DNA of 64,000 bases from Candidatus Latescibacterota bacterium (GCA_965242865.1 CBDETK010000013.1:5504001-5568000), one strand, 5' to 3'. Shown: positions 18,028 to 28,006, numbered from the stretch's first letter. A program made the numbers and translations. The notes: generated from the sequence alone by a model not told the origin.

Positions 18028-20877
18028 ATGAGCGCACGGTACATCACATTGGCAGCGCTGGCCGGGTTGGGCCTGTGGAAGGTCGCCGCGGCGCAAGTTG
18101 ATTATGGCGGCCGGCTGGGGGATCGGGTGGGCGACCGCGTCCTGTACCACGTGCCCGGCGTATCTACGTATATGGAGGTGCTGGACCCGACCGTGCAGCG
18201 CTGGTACATGCCGGCCCCCCTCTTTGGCGAATTTGGCCGCAATCAGTGGGAGTACACCAACTACGCCCGCCAAGCCCACAAGCGCTATATCGACCCCTCG
18301 TCCGAGGGGGATCTCTTCTACGATCCCTTCGGTCGCCTCATCACGCGGGGCTGGCTGGTGTACGACTGGCGTCAGACCAAACCACTCATCGCCGAGAGTT
18401 CCTCGGTCAGAAAGGGGGGCCAGTACAACAATTGGTTTAGCCGCTTGGTTATATCCGGGGACACCAAGGGCCAATACCGCTACTCGATCATGGTCGGCGA
18501 CGAGATCTGGACGACCCTAACGCCGATGACCTTCCGCAAGGCCGGGTTCAACGGGGTCGTGGCCGACTTTGCCGCCGACCGCTTTCGCGCCACCGGGCTT
18601 TTTTCGCGGATTTCGTTCCCGCTCCTGTCGGGGGGGACCGCGCGCTTCCAATACGCCACCAATCTCACTGCGGGCCGGGCTGAAGCCGATTTGACCGATT
18701 CTTTTACGTTGGGGCTGAACTTCGTCAACAGCCACAACAACACCGGCAGCAACGAGAGCTTTCAAGGAAATGTGTTCAAGGGGGCGCTGACGGCCGGGCA
18801 GTTGGCCCAGCGGGTTGACCTGCTCTTGGTGCGGCTGTCGGACGACTCGCCCGAAGACGGCGCGGGCGGCACCGTGTTGGTCGGCGAGGAGATCGAGATT
18901 CGCACGACCCTAAACCGGCAGGAGCTGGTTCGGGGCCAGCTCGTTGAGGTGGAGCGAGATACCGTCATCCTCAGCAGCCACATCGGCTTTAGGCCGATTA
19001 TTGAAGGGGGGCGACGAGACCGGGGGTTTCTAACGGCCAATGGCGCGGACCAGATCATTTTGCACTATCCCTTGGCCCCTAGGGAGACGGCCGGGGAAGA
19101 GGGCACGTTGCGGGCGCTCTTTCAGCAACACCTAGATCTCACCCTATCGGAGGCCGAAGCCGCGATTAGTGCCATTCGAGACGTGCGCTTCCGCCTCGTG
19201 CTCGCCAACGACTATCGAGTGGAGGTCAGCTCCAATAGGCAGACGGACGAATTTGGCGTCCCGCAATTTTTGCTCGCAGCGCGAGCCGAGGGCAACATCG
19301 ACAACCAATTAAACCAGCGCGAGGTCGTCTTCGACTACGGGCTGCCCACGGCCAACCAGATCGTCGGGCTGACGGCCGAGGTGCGGGATTTTCACGGCTT
19401 TGATTTTTACGGCGAACTAAACCTCAACACCCAGTACCGAAAGTACCCCGGCCTAGGGCGCGATTCCCACCGGGCGATCAACGGCATGGCCGGAGACCGC
19501 CACGAAGTAGGCTGGTTGGTCAACTTGGCCTTCCGGGAGGGGCCGTTGCGCGTTATGGGCGAGGGCTTTGGGATGGAAGACGGGTATCGCACCAGCGTCC
19601 TGACGGTAAATCGCGACGGGGTGTCCGACTATGCCCCCGAGGCCGTCAACTTGCACTACGAGTTTGTCGATGACAACGACGACAACGACCGGCAGCCCGA
19701 CTGGCTGCGGGTGGGCGAGGGCAGCTTTGTTCCCACCGAGCGCCGCAGTGAAATCGAGGTCCGCGGCGTGGCCGATCCAGCGGTTTTTCCCGGGTACGAC
19801 GAGAACCGCGACTTCATATCGGATTTCAACCAGAACAGCACGGTCGATCGGGTGAACTTTTTCCCCGACTACGACGAGCCGTTTTTGCGCTATGCCGCCG
19901 ATCGCCCCGAATTTCTCTTCGGCATTGATCTCAACAACAATGGGTGGGTGGAGCGCTTTGAAAACGACCAAGAGCCAGACTATCCCTACAAGCGCGACCA
20001 CTGGGGCTATAATGTCTTTGGCGCGCTCGAAGTGGCCCCGGGGATTGAGCTAAGGGTGGGTCAGTTGCGGCAAATCCGCTTGGCGAGCGACCGCCGCAAC
20101 CTGACGAGCTATGGAATGTTCCTCTTGGAGCAGCGCGGGTCGCAGTGGGGCCGGCGGAGGATTTTCAACATGATCAAGAAGGCTCAAGACGAGATCGCCG
20201 ATCATTTGGTGCAATGGATCGTCCCCAGGAGCAAATTCGGCGCGCCGGCCGAGTCGGCTGGCAGCAATGTGCCGGTATTGGACCCTTTGGCCGCGGCCGA
20301 CACTTGGATCAACACTTTTTACGCCGACTGGGAGTACGCCAGCCCGCGTTTGTGGCGAACCTTGCATCGCTTCAAGTGGGAGGTTTGGCAGCAGCGCGAC
20401 AGTCCTGCAGGGCGCGACGGGCGGCGGACTTCGGGCTTTGTCGGGCTGATCAACAAGGTGGAATGCGTCTTTTACTGGCGGTCGCTGAGTTTCCGGCCCA
20501 AACTCAAGAGCGAATTCCTGCGCGAGGTCCCCTTTAGCCGCGCATTCGACCCGCGGCGCTCTTGGGACGGCATCTTGTTCTTGGTGGGCCGCGTTCCTGT
20601 GCTCGAGACCACCGAGTTTGAGTTCGGCTTGGAGCAGCGCGCTTTCTTTGATTTCGAAGGAGGCGAAGGTACGCGGGCGGCGGGGATTTTCACCGGGGAT
20701 TTTCGCGGCTCGGTTTTGGCGTTGCAGCTCACCAATAGCAGCCGCTATCTAGGCTATGAGCTAACCACTCAGGTGGGTATCCGCCTCGACCGCCGCTCGC
20801 TGGAAGTGGTGGGCCGACGCCGGGAGATCGAGACTTCGGGCTTGAGTTTTCTGTCGATCATCGCCGGCTTGAAGTAA
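18028..20877 (+). CDS. Large exported protein, probable outer-membrane beta-barrel (paralogue B)
   Basis: Colinear similarity to 15239-18022 (QWEYxNYAR, RGWLVYDWRQ, TTLTPMTF, LSDDSPEDGAGG, GIDLNNNGW). Confidence 0.75.
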   Translation: MSARYITLAALAGLGLWKVAAAQVDYGGRLGDRVGDRVLYHVPGVSTYMEVLDPTVQRWYMPAPLFGEFGRNQWEYTNYARQAHKRYIDPSSEGDLFYDPFGRLITRGWLVYDWRQTKPLIAESSSVRKGGQYNNWFSRLVISGDTKGQYRYSIMVGDEIWTTLTPMTFRKAGFNGVVADFAADRFRATGLFSRISFPLLSGGTARFQYATNLTAGRAEADLTDSFTLGLNFVNSHNNTGSNESFQGNVFKGALTAGQLAQRVDLLLVRLSDDSPEDGAGGTVLVGEEIEIRTTLNRQELVRGQLVEVERDTVILSSHIGFRPIIEGGRRDRGFLTANGADQIILHYPLAPRETAGEEGTLRALFQQHLDLTLSEAEAAISAIRDVRFRLVLANDYRVEVSSNRQTDEFGVPQFLLAARAEGNIDNQLNQREVVFDYGLPTANQIVGLTAEVRDFHGFDFYGELNLNTQYRKYPGLGRDSHRAINGMAGDRHEVGWLVNLAFREGPLRVMGEGFGMEDGYRTSVLTVNRDGVSDYAPEAVNLHYEFVDDNDDNDRQPDWLRVGEGSFVPTERRSEIEVRGVADPAVFPGYDENRDFISDFNQNSTVDRVNFFPDYDEPFLRYAADRPEFLFGIDLNNNGWVERFENDQEPDYPYKRDHWGYNVFGALEVAPGIELRVGQLRQIRLASDRRNLTSYGMFLLEQRGSQWGRRRIFNMIKKAQDEIADHLVQWIVPRSKFGAPAESAGSNVPVLDPLAAADTWINTFYADWEYASPRLWRTLHRFKWEVWQQRDSPAGRDGRRTSGFVGLINKVECVFYWRSLSFRPKLKSEFLREVPFSRAFDPRRSWDGILFLVGRVPVLETTEFEFGLEQRAFFDFEGGEGTRAAGIFTGDFRGSVLALQLTNSSRYLGYELTTQVGIRLDRRSLEVVGRRREIETSGLSFLSIIAGLK

Positions 20878-20979
20878 TTTTTGCTTGACCGCATAATGCG
20901 TTTTTATTAGTACAGACACACGAGTAGTATCGCACCTCGCCTTCAAACCAAACCTCACCCCTCTAAAAGGAGGTTCGCT

Positions 20980-21900
20980 TTGCAGAAAATGTTATCCGCC
21001 TTATTGGTCCCGGTGCTGGTGCTCGGCCTGAGCACCCGGGCCCAAGCCCACGACCCACCCGATTTTATCGGCGCGGTGTGGCAATGGCCCGAGACCCACC
21101 TTCCGGTCTTAGACGCCGACCTGAGCGAATGGGACATCATTCCCGAGGAATTTTGGATCACCGAGCAGAGCGTCGTCCAGAGCACGGCCCGGCCTTGGAT
21201 CTACACCGGCGATCTCGACGTGTCCTCGATTTCCTTCCGCTGGATTCCCACGTGGAACGAGGAAACCAACCGCATCTATTGGGCGTACGAGCGCTTTGAC
21301 GACAAGTACCAGTTGGGCAACGAATCGGTCGAAACAGCCGTGGACGCCGATCACTCGGGCGGCTCCTTCTGGGATTTAGAAGGTCAGACCGACGAAGAGA
21401 AGGCGCGCCAGCGCGGTCGCCACGCCCAAATCAGCCACTATTGGTTCGACAACGGCCAAGCCCGCGAGGGGCAGTGGAACTGGTTTTGGATGACCCAAGC
21501 CGATTGGTACGACTCGCCGCCATACTCCGATCATGCGTATTGGTTTAGCGGCACCGCGCCCAATTCCTTTGAGGAGATGCGCCAGCGAGCCGAATGGTGG
21601 AGCGTCTATTGGGACGATTTCAATTGGGAAGACCCCCAAGGGAGCATCCCCCACGACTTTGAGCAGGACGAGATCATCGGCTTGGCCGGGCACGTCTTTG
21701 ATACCGACGCCGAGCTTTCCGACGATTGCAACTGCCATTCGCGCTGGGCCATCAGTCCCAACGTCGAATCCTTTGGCGACGCTGATTTCTTGGCAGACTG
21801 GGTGCTTTTGGGCGTTGACGACTCGGCCTTTGAGGGCATCGCGCCGACATCCGTCGAAGACAACACGTGGGGCCAGATCAAGGCTTCATTCGGCAAATAA
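20980..21900 (+). CDS. Secreted Trp/Asp-rich CBM9/DOMON-like protein with C-terminal TSVEDNTWGQIK motif
   Basis: AAGGAGG before a TTG start; signal peptide AQA-H; LDADLSEWD motif. Confidence 0.75.
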   Translation: MQKMLSALLVPVLVLGLSTRAQAHDPPDFIGAVWQWPETHLPVLDADLSEWDIIPEEFWITEQSVVQSTARPWIYTGDLDVSSISFRWIPTWNEETNRIYWAYERFDDKYQLGNESVETAVDADHSGGSFWDLEGQTDEEKARQRGRHAQISHYWFDNGQAREGQWNWFWMTQADWYDSPPYSDHAYWFSGTAPNSFEEMRQRAEWWSVYWDDFNWEDPQGSIPHDFEQDEIIGLAGHVFDTDAELSDDCNCHSRWAISPNVESFGDADFLADWVLLGVDDSAFEGIAPTSVEDNTWGQIKASFGK

Positions 21901-21929
21901 GCGGTTCGCGCCGCATAAGTGCCTTGTAG

Positions 21930-21969
21930 AGAAGGGGGGGAATGGCCATTCCCCCCCTTCTTTCTATTT
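21930..21969 (+). terminator. Rho-independent terminator
   Basis: GAAGGGGGGGAATGG/CCATTCCCCCCCTTC inverted repeat followed by TTTCTATTT. Confidence 0.75.
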
Positions 21970-21988
21970 ACCTACCGTGCAGGAGCTT

Positions 21989-23911
21989 ATGAGAGAAAAT
22001 ATGCTGCGACTTTTGGCGGCCGCGCTCGTGGGGAGCTTTTGCTGGGGGCTAGCGGCGGTCGAGGCGCTCACCGTGTATCGCATCGGCGGCGAGGAGGTGC
22101 CGCGGCCAGAGGTCGCAGGGGACTTTGAATTCGTCCAGTTGTCTTGGGCCGATGTAGATGAAAAGCGGCTCGGCAAGATAGACCTGTTGGAGGTCGCGCC
22201 GCATTCTATTGAGCCGCAGCGTCTAGATCCGACCGTCAATCTGACGCCGCTGATTCGGGAGCGGGGCGGCGGCATACGCTCAAACAATTCTTACGGTTGG
22301 CAATCGGAAGCCCTGTTGGACAACTTGATGGATGGCGACCAGACCACCGCGTACTTGGGCAGCGGCCGCAGTCAGGCCGCCGATTGCCCGCCGTGCAAGA
22401 AGGGCATCTGGTTTGAGTTGAACGGCCTGTTTCCCATCCGGCGCATCAAAATTTCGACCACCGAGCGCTTTGCCCACCAGCGTTTTATCGAGGTGTTCGA
22501 GATCGGCACCAGCGATGGCGACTCGCGCAAAAAGGGAACCCGCGCCGGGCAATACCATTGGCGCGGGGCCTTCCTCGATTACGACATCGCGTTCAAGGTC
22601 GCAAACAATTTGGAACCCTTCCTCGATTTGGAACTGCCCGACCAGCCCATTGCCGAAATCCTCTTTAAGGCGCCCGTTGGCAACTGGGAGATCGCCGAAT
22701 TTGAAATTTTCGGCGACGGCTTTGCCTCGCAGGCCAGCTACGTATCCAATGTCATTGATTTGGGCATGGCTTCTAGCTTAGGCGAGTTGACTTGGGCGGG
22801 CAGCCGCGACCGGGGCGCAACGGTCCAGCTAAGTATGCGCAGCGGCGACGACCTAGACCCCAATTTCTACTGGCGCTTCACGTTCAGGGGCGATGAGCGG
22901 TCCCGCTTTGCCGCCAGCGGCGACCCCCTCACCTTGGACCGCTACAAAAGGCTGGAGGAAGGCGAGAAAGCCGGGATCAGCCCGGACAACGAAAGCTGGG
23001 AGTTCTGGACGCCGCCGCTCGACTTTGACCGGGGTCATTCCGAATTAGTCGGTTCGCGGCCGCGGCGCTACTTGCAGTTCAAGGCGGACTTTTTTTCGGA
23101 GCGGGCCTTTGCGGCCGGTCGCATGGAGTACTTGCAGTTTAGCGTGTCCCAGCCCCCGGTGGCCAGCCAAGTGCTGGCCGAGATTGTGCCGCACCAAGTC
23201 GAGGTGGGCGAAGTCGTCCAATTCACCTACAAAATTCTACCCAACTTAGAGCAAAACGACCTTGGCTTCGACAGCATTGAGATCGACACCCCGATAGAGG
23301 TTACGAGCATTGACGCCGTGCATATCGGCGGCCAAGAGCAGAGTTTTACCATCGCGGAAAAGGCCCCCCAGCGCTTTGTGGTGCAGGTGCCGCGGATCGA
23401 TGTCAATCGCACGGGCGAGTTGGTCGAGGTCGAATTTCAGGCCGAAGTCTTTCAGGTGGGCACGGTGTTTTCGGGCCGGGTCTTTGACAGCCAGCGCCCC
23501 CACGAAGTGCGCCAACGCATCACAGCGGGGAACGCCGATGACCGGGCCGCGAGCAATACCTTGAGCGTGGGGTTGGGTACGGTGGCCAATCCAGCGGTCA
23601 AGGCGTTGTGGCTTTCGCCGCCGCTTTTTACCCCCAACGGGGATGGCGTCAACGATGTGCTGCAGATCGAATACGATCTGGTAAATCTCAGCGGGGCGGT
23701 GCCCGTGACGATCAGTCTCTACGATCTAGCGGGGCAGCGGCGATGCGAGGTGGCCCAGAGCACCGCGGCTAGCGGCCGGTTCTCGGCTACTTGGGACGGC
23801 GTGGACGATGCCGGCAACCTGCTCGCCCCGGGCCTCTATCTCTTGCGTCTCGAAGTGGACTCGGACAAGGCTAAAGACGTCGAAGTCGCAATCGTCCGGC
23901 TGATTTATTGA
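21989..23911 (+). CDS. Secreted discoidin-like protein with C-terminal FlgD-Ig/CHU_C-like domain (paralogue 3)
   Basis: Signal peptide (start 21989 or 22001); EIAEFEIFGDGF, MRSGDD, PRRYLQF and GFDSIEIDTP motifs; ends FTPNGDGVND...WDGVD...LIY. Confidence 0.82.
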   Translation: MRENMLRLLAAALVGSFCWGLAAVEALTVYRIGGEEVPRPEVAGDFEFVQLSWADVDEKRLGKIDLLEVAPHSIEPQRLDPTVNLTPLIRERGGGIRSNNSYGWQSEALLDNLMDGDQTTAYLGSGRSQAADCPPCKKGIWFELNGLFPIRRIKISTTERFAHQRFIEVFEIGTSDGDSRKKGTRAGQYHWRGAFLDYDIAFKVANNLEPFLDLELPDQPIAEILFKAPVGNWEIAEFEIFGDGFASQASYVSNVIDLGMASSLGELTWAGSRDRGATVQLSMRSGDDLDPNFYWRFTFRGDERSRFAASGDPLTLDRYKRLEEGEKAGISPDNESWEFWTPPLDFDRGHSELVGSRPRRYLQFKADFFSERAFAAGRMEYLQFSVSQPPVASQVLAEIVPHQVEVGEVVQFTYKILPNLEQNDLGFDSIEIDTPIEVTSIDAVHIGGQEQSFTIAEKAPQRFVVQVPRIDVNRTGELVEVEFQAEVFQVGTVFSGRVFDSQRPHEVRQRITAGNADDRAASNTLSVGLGTVANPAVKALWLSPPLFTPNGDGVNDVLQIEYDLVNLSGAVPVTISLYDLAGQRRCEVAQSTAASGRFSATWDGVDDAGNLLAPGLYLLRLEVDSDKAKDVEVAIVRLIY

Positions 23912-23941
23912 CCCTACCCAAGTACGCGACACCTCTCGGCC

Positions 23942-26461
23942 ATGAACGAGGCGACCGCTCGCCTTAAAATTGACCGGCTGCTCGAAAACGCGGGTTGGCG
24001 ATTTTTCGACGACGACGCTGGACGAGCCAATATCCGCTTGGAAGCGCAGGTCGCCCTCAAGCGCGACGACCTCGACCGCTTGGGCGACGATTTTGAGCGT
24101 TCTGGCCGCGGGTTCGTGGATTTCCTGCTCCTCGACGACCGCGGCTTTCCGCTGATCGTGCTGGAGGCCAAGTCCGAGGCCAAAGACCCACTGGTCGGCA
24201 AGGAGCAGGCCCGCCGCTACGCCCGCTCGCTAAACTGCCGCTTCATCATCCTCTCTAACGGCACTCTGCATTACTTCTGGGACTTAGAGCGCGGCCATCC
24301 GCACATCGTCACGGCGTTTCCGTCGCCGGACTCGGTGGAGGGGTACAAACAGGTCGCGCCGAACCCGCAACGCCTGATCGACGAACAGGTGGACGCCGAT
24401 TACATCGTCCTCACGCAGCGGCCCAACTATGCGGCCGAAGCCGGGTGGCGCGTCGAGGCCGAGCGCCCCAGCTACATCCAGACGCATGGTCTGCGCTTTT
24501 TGCGCGACTATCAGGTGCGAGCGGTTCGCCGGTTGCAGCGGGCGGTCCGCGACGGGCGCGACCGCTTCCTGTTCGAGATGGCCACCGGCACGGGCAAGAC
24601 GCTCGTGGCCGCGGCCGTCATCAAGCTGTTTCTCCGCACGGGCAACGCTCGCCGCGTCCTCTTCTTGGTCGATCGGTTGGAGTTGGAAGACCAAGCGGCG
24701 CGCAAGTCCTTCGCCCCGTACTTGACGCCCGATTTCGCCACGGTCATCTACAAGGAAAAGCGCGACGACTGGCGGCGGGCGCACATCGTGGTCGCGACCG
24801 TGCAGTCGCTGCTGTTCAACAACAAGTATCAGGCGCTGTTTTCGCCCACGGATTTCGACTTGGTGATTTCGGACGAGGCGCATCGGTCGATCAGCGGCAA
24901 TGCCCGCGCCGTATTCGATTACTTCGTCGGGTACAAGCTGGGGCTGACGGCGACGCCCCGCGACTTTCTCCGAGGCGTTCATGCGACCGACCCGCGCGAG
25001 GTGGAACGCCGGCTGCTGCTCGACACGTACCGCACCTTTGGCTGTGAGCGCGGCGAGCCAACGTTCCGCTACTCGCTGCTCGACGGGGTGCGCGATGGGC
25101 ATCTGGTCAACCCTCGGGTCATTGACGTACGCACCGAGGTGACCACCCAACTGCTCGCCGACGAGGGCTTTGCAGTGTCTTTTGCCGACGAGGAAGGAGA
25201 GCCGCAAGCCGAGGCGTTCAAAAAGCGCGATTTCGAGCAGGCGTTCTTTTCGGAAGCCACCAACGCGGTCTGCTGCCGGACCTTCTTGGAGAACGCGCTC
25301 CGCGACCCGATTAGCGGCGAGATCGGCAAATCCATCGTCTTCGCGGTCAGCCAGACCCACGCGGCCAAGCTAACCCAGCTCTTCAACGCGATCGCGGACC
25401 GCATGTTTCCGGGCCGGTATCAGTCGGACTTTGCGGTGCAAGTTACGTCGCACGTTGCGGACGCCCAGCAATTCGCAATCAACTTTGCCAACAACAACCT
25501 CTTGGGGACTGGCAACTTCAGGCGCGAGTACCGGACGAGCAAGGCGCGGGTGTGCGTAACCGTGGGCATGATGACCACGGGCTACGACTGCACGGACATT
25601 CTCAATTTGGGCTTGTTCCGGCCGATATTCTCGCCGACCGACTTCGTCCAGATCAAGGGGCGCGGCACCCGGAAACACAACTTCCTCGACCAGATGACCG
25701 GGCGACGCGCCCCGGGCGACGCCGAAGCAGAAAAGACCACTTTCAAGCTGTTCGACTTCTTCGGCAACTGCCAATACTTCGAGACCGAGTTCAACTACGA
25801 CGAGGTATTGGAACTGCCGCGATTGCGCGGTAAAAGCGGTGGCGACAGGGACGATTCAAGGCCGGTCGTATATGCTGGCTCCTACGAGCACTTGGGCAGC
25901 GACTTTCTCTCGACGATTGAGCAAGAGCAGATCGGGGCCGAGGGGATGCGGATTGATCGGATGCTCTTTGACCGCTTTGCCGACGAGGTGCGCGAAAACG
26001 ATGTCATTGCCCAAGCCGTTGAAGCAGGCCAATGGGATCGCGCCATCGACTATGTACATCGAGAAGTCTTTGACCGGCCCGAGGAGTATTACACCCTCTC
26101 CAAGCTGCGCCACGCCGCGGCCGTGGATCGCCGCGTGAGCTTGCGCGAGATACTGGAGAAAGTCTTTGACCTCATCCCGCGTTTTAAGTCGAGAGACGAG
26201 TTGCTCGAAGAGGAGTTTGCCAAATTCGTCGCGGATTACAAGCCCGACGAGGCAGAGGCTGTCGCGGCGATTCGGGCGTACTTCAAGGCGTATCTGACCA
26301 GCGGCCGGACCCGAGACATCATTGAGAACCGGACCTTCACCGAATTGGCGACCAATCCAACGTTTTCCTCCCGCGACTTCCGCGCCGTACCGGAGCCATA
26401 CCGCGCCTTGGTTCCCGAGTATGTCAAGGATTACGTGTCTCTCAATCAGTTCGCCGTTTAG
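23942..26461 (+). CDS. hsdR: Type I restriction endonuclease subunit R
   Basis: VDFLL...VLEAK nuclease motif, MATGTGKT, DEAH, GLTATP, MMTTGYD and QIKGRGTR. Confidence 0.92.
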   Translation: MNEATARLKIDRLLENAGWRFFDDDAGRANIRLEAQVALKRDDLDRLGDDFERSGRGFVDFLLLDDRGFPLIVLEAKSEAKDPLVGKEQARRYARSLNCRFIILSNGTLHYFWDLERGHPHIVTAFPSPDSVEGYKQVAPNPQRLIDEQVDADYIVLTQRPNYAAEAGWRVEAERPSYIQTHGLRFLRDYQVRAVRRLQRAVRDGRDRFLFEMATGTGKTLVAAAVIKLFLRTGNARRVLFLVDRLELEDQAARKSFAPYLTPDFATVIYKEKRDDWRRAHIVVATVQSLLFNNKYQALFSPTDFDLVISDEAHRSISGNARAVFDYFVGYKLGLTATPRDFLRGVHATDPREVERRLLLDTYRTFGCERGEPTFRYSLLDGVRDGHLVNPRVIDVRTEVTTQLLADEGFAVSFADEEGEPQAEAFKKRDFEQAFFSEATNAVCCRTFLENALRDPISGEIGKSIVFAVSQTHAAKLTQLFNAIADRMFPGRYQSDFAVQVTSHVADAQQFAINFANNNLLGTGNFRREYRTSKARVCVTVGMMTTGYDCTDILNLGLFRPIFSPTDFVQIKGRGTRKHNFLDQMTGRRAPGDAEAEKTTFKLFDFFGNCQYFETEFNYDEVLELPRLRGKSGGDRDDSRPVVYAGSYEHLGSDFLSTIEQEQIGAEGMRIDRMLFDRFADEVRENDVIAQAVEAGQWDRAIDYVHREVFDRPEEYYTLSKLRHAAAVDRRVSLREILEKVFDLIPRFKSRDELLEEEFAKFVADYKPDEAEAVAAIRAYFKAYLTSGRTRDIIENRTFTELATNPTFSSRDFRAVPEPYRALVPEYVKDYVSLNQFAV

Positions 26462-26468
26462 GAACCGC

Positions 26469-26562
26469 TATTCACGCATTTATCCAGAAAAACCGTGAAT
26501 GGAACCCATTTTTCGCGGTCTATTCACGGATATTTGACAATATAGCGTGAATACGATACCAT
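26469..26562 (+). promoter_or_regulatory. Sigma70-like promoter with two palindromic operators upstream of fic
   Basis: TTGACA(26534)-17 bp-TACCAT(26557); TATTCACG-N17-CGTGAAT at 26469-26500 and 26521-26553. Confidence 0.7.
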
Positions 26563-26568
26563 AACGAT

Positions 26569-27459
26569 ATGGCGACTACGCAGCCGATAAGAAACCGCAT
26601 CCAGGGGCTGAAGCGGGCGTACGATGCCTTGCGCCGAGGCAAGGAATCGCTGCTGTCGATGATCGACGAAGTGGAGATACCCGAGCATGTGTACAACTCG
26701 AACGCGATTGAGAATTCAACCCTTACGCTTGAGGAGACAGAGCGAGTCCTGTTGGAGCAGATGTTGTCCCGAAATGTGTCTGTGCGGGAAGTATTTGAGG
26801 CGAAAAATCTAGCCCGCGTCACAGAATACAAACAGGCTAAAGTTAAAGATAGCGAGCTGAACAAAGACCTGATACTGCTCTTACATAAGATGCTCATCGG
26901 CGGCATTGACGATGCCATTGCCGGCCGCTTTCGCCAGCAGGGGGAATACGTGCGGGTGGGTACTCATATCGCGCCGGCACCCGAACATGTAGAGCGCATG
27001 ATAGACGACATTCTCATCGAGTATTCCAGCGATCTTAGCACCTATTTCCTCGATAAAATTGCCCGATTTCACTTGGATTTTGAGGGCATCCATCCCTTTT
27101 GCGACGGCAATGGTCGCTTGGGGCGGGTTCTCATCAATTTTCAGCTCCTCCAGCACGGGCTGCCGTGCCTTATTATTCGCAACTCGGAAAAGGAGCGGTA
27201 CTATCAGGCGTTTAGGAGCTATGAGAACCGCCAAACGACTCGGGCGATGGAAGATATTTTGGCGTTGAGGCTCGTGGAGTCGCTACACAAGCGGTTGAGT
27301 TATTTACAGGGGGAGGCCATTATCCGGCTATCAGACTATATCAAGCAGCATCGCCTCTCAGCACCTGCGATTACTAACGCCGCCCGTCGCCAGACTATCC
27401 CCGCTTTTCGCGAGAAGGGGGTGTGGAAAATCGGGGCGGAATTCGCGTACCGGACCTAG
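26569..27459 (+). CDS. fic: Fic-family protein with C-terminal HTH-like extension
   Basis: SNAIENS and HPFCDGNGRLGR motifs. Confidence 0.9.
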   Translation: MATTQPIRNRIQGLKRAYDALRRGKESLLSMIDEVEIPEHVYNSNAIENSTLTLEETERVLLEQMLSRNVSVREVFEAKNLARVTEYKQAKVKDSELNKDLILLLHKMLIGGIDDAIAGRFRQQGEYVRVGTHIAPAPEHVERMIDDILIEYSSDLSTYFLDKIARFHLDFEGIHPFCDGNGRLGRVLINFQLLQHGLPCLIIRNSEKERYYQAFRSYENRQTTRAMEDILALRLVESLHKRLSYLQGEAIIRLSDYIKQHRLSAPAITNAARRQTIPAFREKGVWKIGAEFAYRT

Positions 27460-27460
27460 T

Positions 27461-27500
27461 ATGCTCGACACCGCGACCAAACGCCGCGACATTCTCGTCG
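27461..27500 (+). pseudogene. Remnant duplicate of the hsdM 5' end
   Basis: ATGCTCGACACCGCGACCAAACGCCG is identical to 28007-28032, then CGACATTCTCGTCG follows after a 15-bp deletion. Confidence 0.8.
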
Positions 27501-27546
27501 CTGAACCAGTTCGCGGCAGGGGCTAACTCAAACGAGAGGTGAAATG

Positions 27547-27753
27547 ATGAGACAAGTCGTTGTTTATCCCGGCGAAGATGGGTATTGGGTTGCTGAATGT
27601 CCCAGCTTGTTGGGCTGCATCAGTCAAGGAAAAACCAAGCAGGAAGCCATTGCCAACATCAAAGAGGCGATTGAAGGATACGTCGCTTCTCTTGAGGAAG
27701 ACGGACTGCCCGTTCCTGAAGAACACTTTGAGGCCATGGTTGTGGCCGTATGA
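27547..27753 (+). CDS. hicB: HicB-family antitoxin
   Basis: EDGYWVAECPSL.GCISQG.T..EA..NIKEAI; start could be 27544. Confidence 0.88.
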   Translation: MRQVVVYPGEDGYWVAECPSLLGCISQGKTKQEAIANIKEAIEGYVASLEEDGLPVPEEHFEAMVVAV

Positions 27754-27971
27754 GTAGTCTGCCGAGAATTTCAGGGCGGAACTGTGCTAGAGCACCCAGC
27801 AAAATTGGATTTCGCCTGAGACGGCAGCGTGGCAGTCATATAATTTTGCGTCGTGACAATCCTTTCTCTCAGGTCGTTGTTCCCGATCATAAGGAACTGG
27901 ACAAAGGCACTTTGCGAAGCATCATCAGACACGTAGGTATCAGTGTAGAAGAGTTTGTGAAGCTGTTATAG
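27750..27971 (+). CDS. hicA: HicA-family toxin
   Basis: GF...RQRGSH, VVVPDHKEL.KGTL motifs; ATGA overlap with hicB. Confidence 0.88.
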   Translation: MSSLPRISGRNCARAPSKIGFRLRRQRGSHIILRRDNPFSQVVVPDHKELDKGTLRSIIRHVGISVEEFVKLL

Positions 27972-28006
27972 TCGCATTCGCTCGTTACGCATTCAAGAAA
28001 ACAACT

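Noticed and set aside
21533-21988. N-terminal extension of the third FlgD-tailed ORF
   Set aside because: Overlaps the upstream gene and its terminator; the signal peptide begins at 21989 or 22001.
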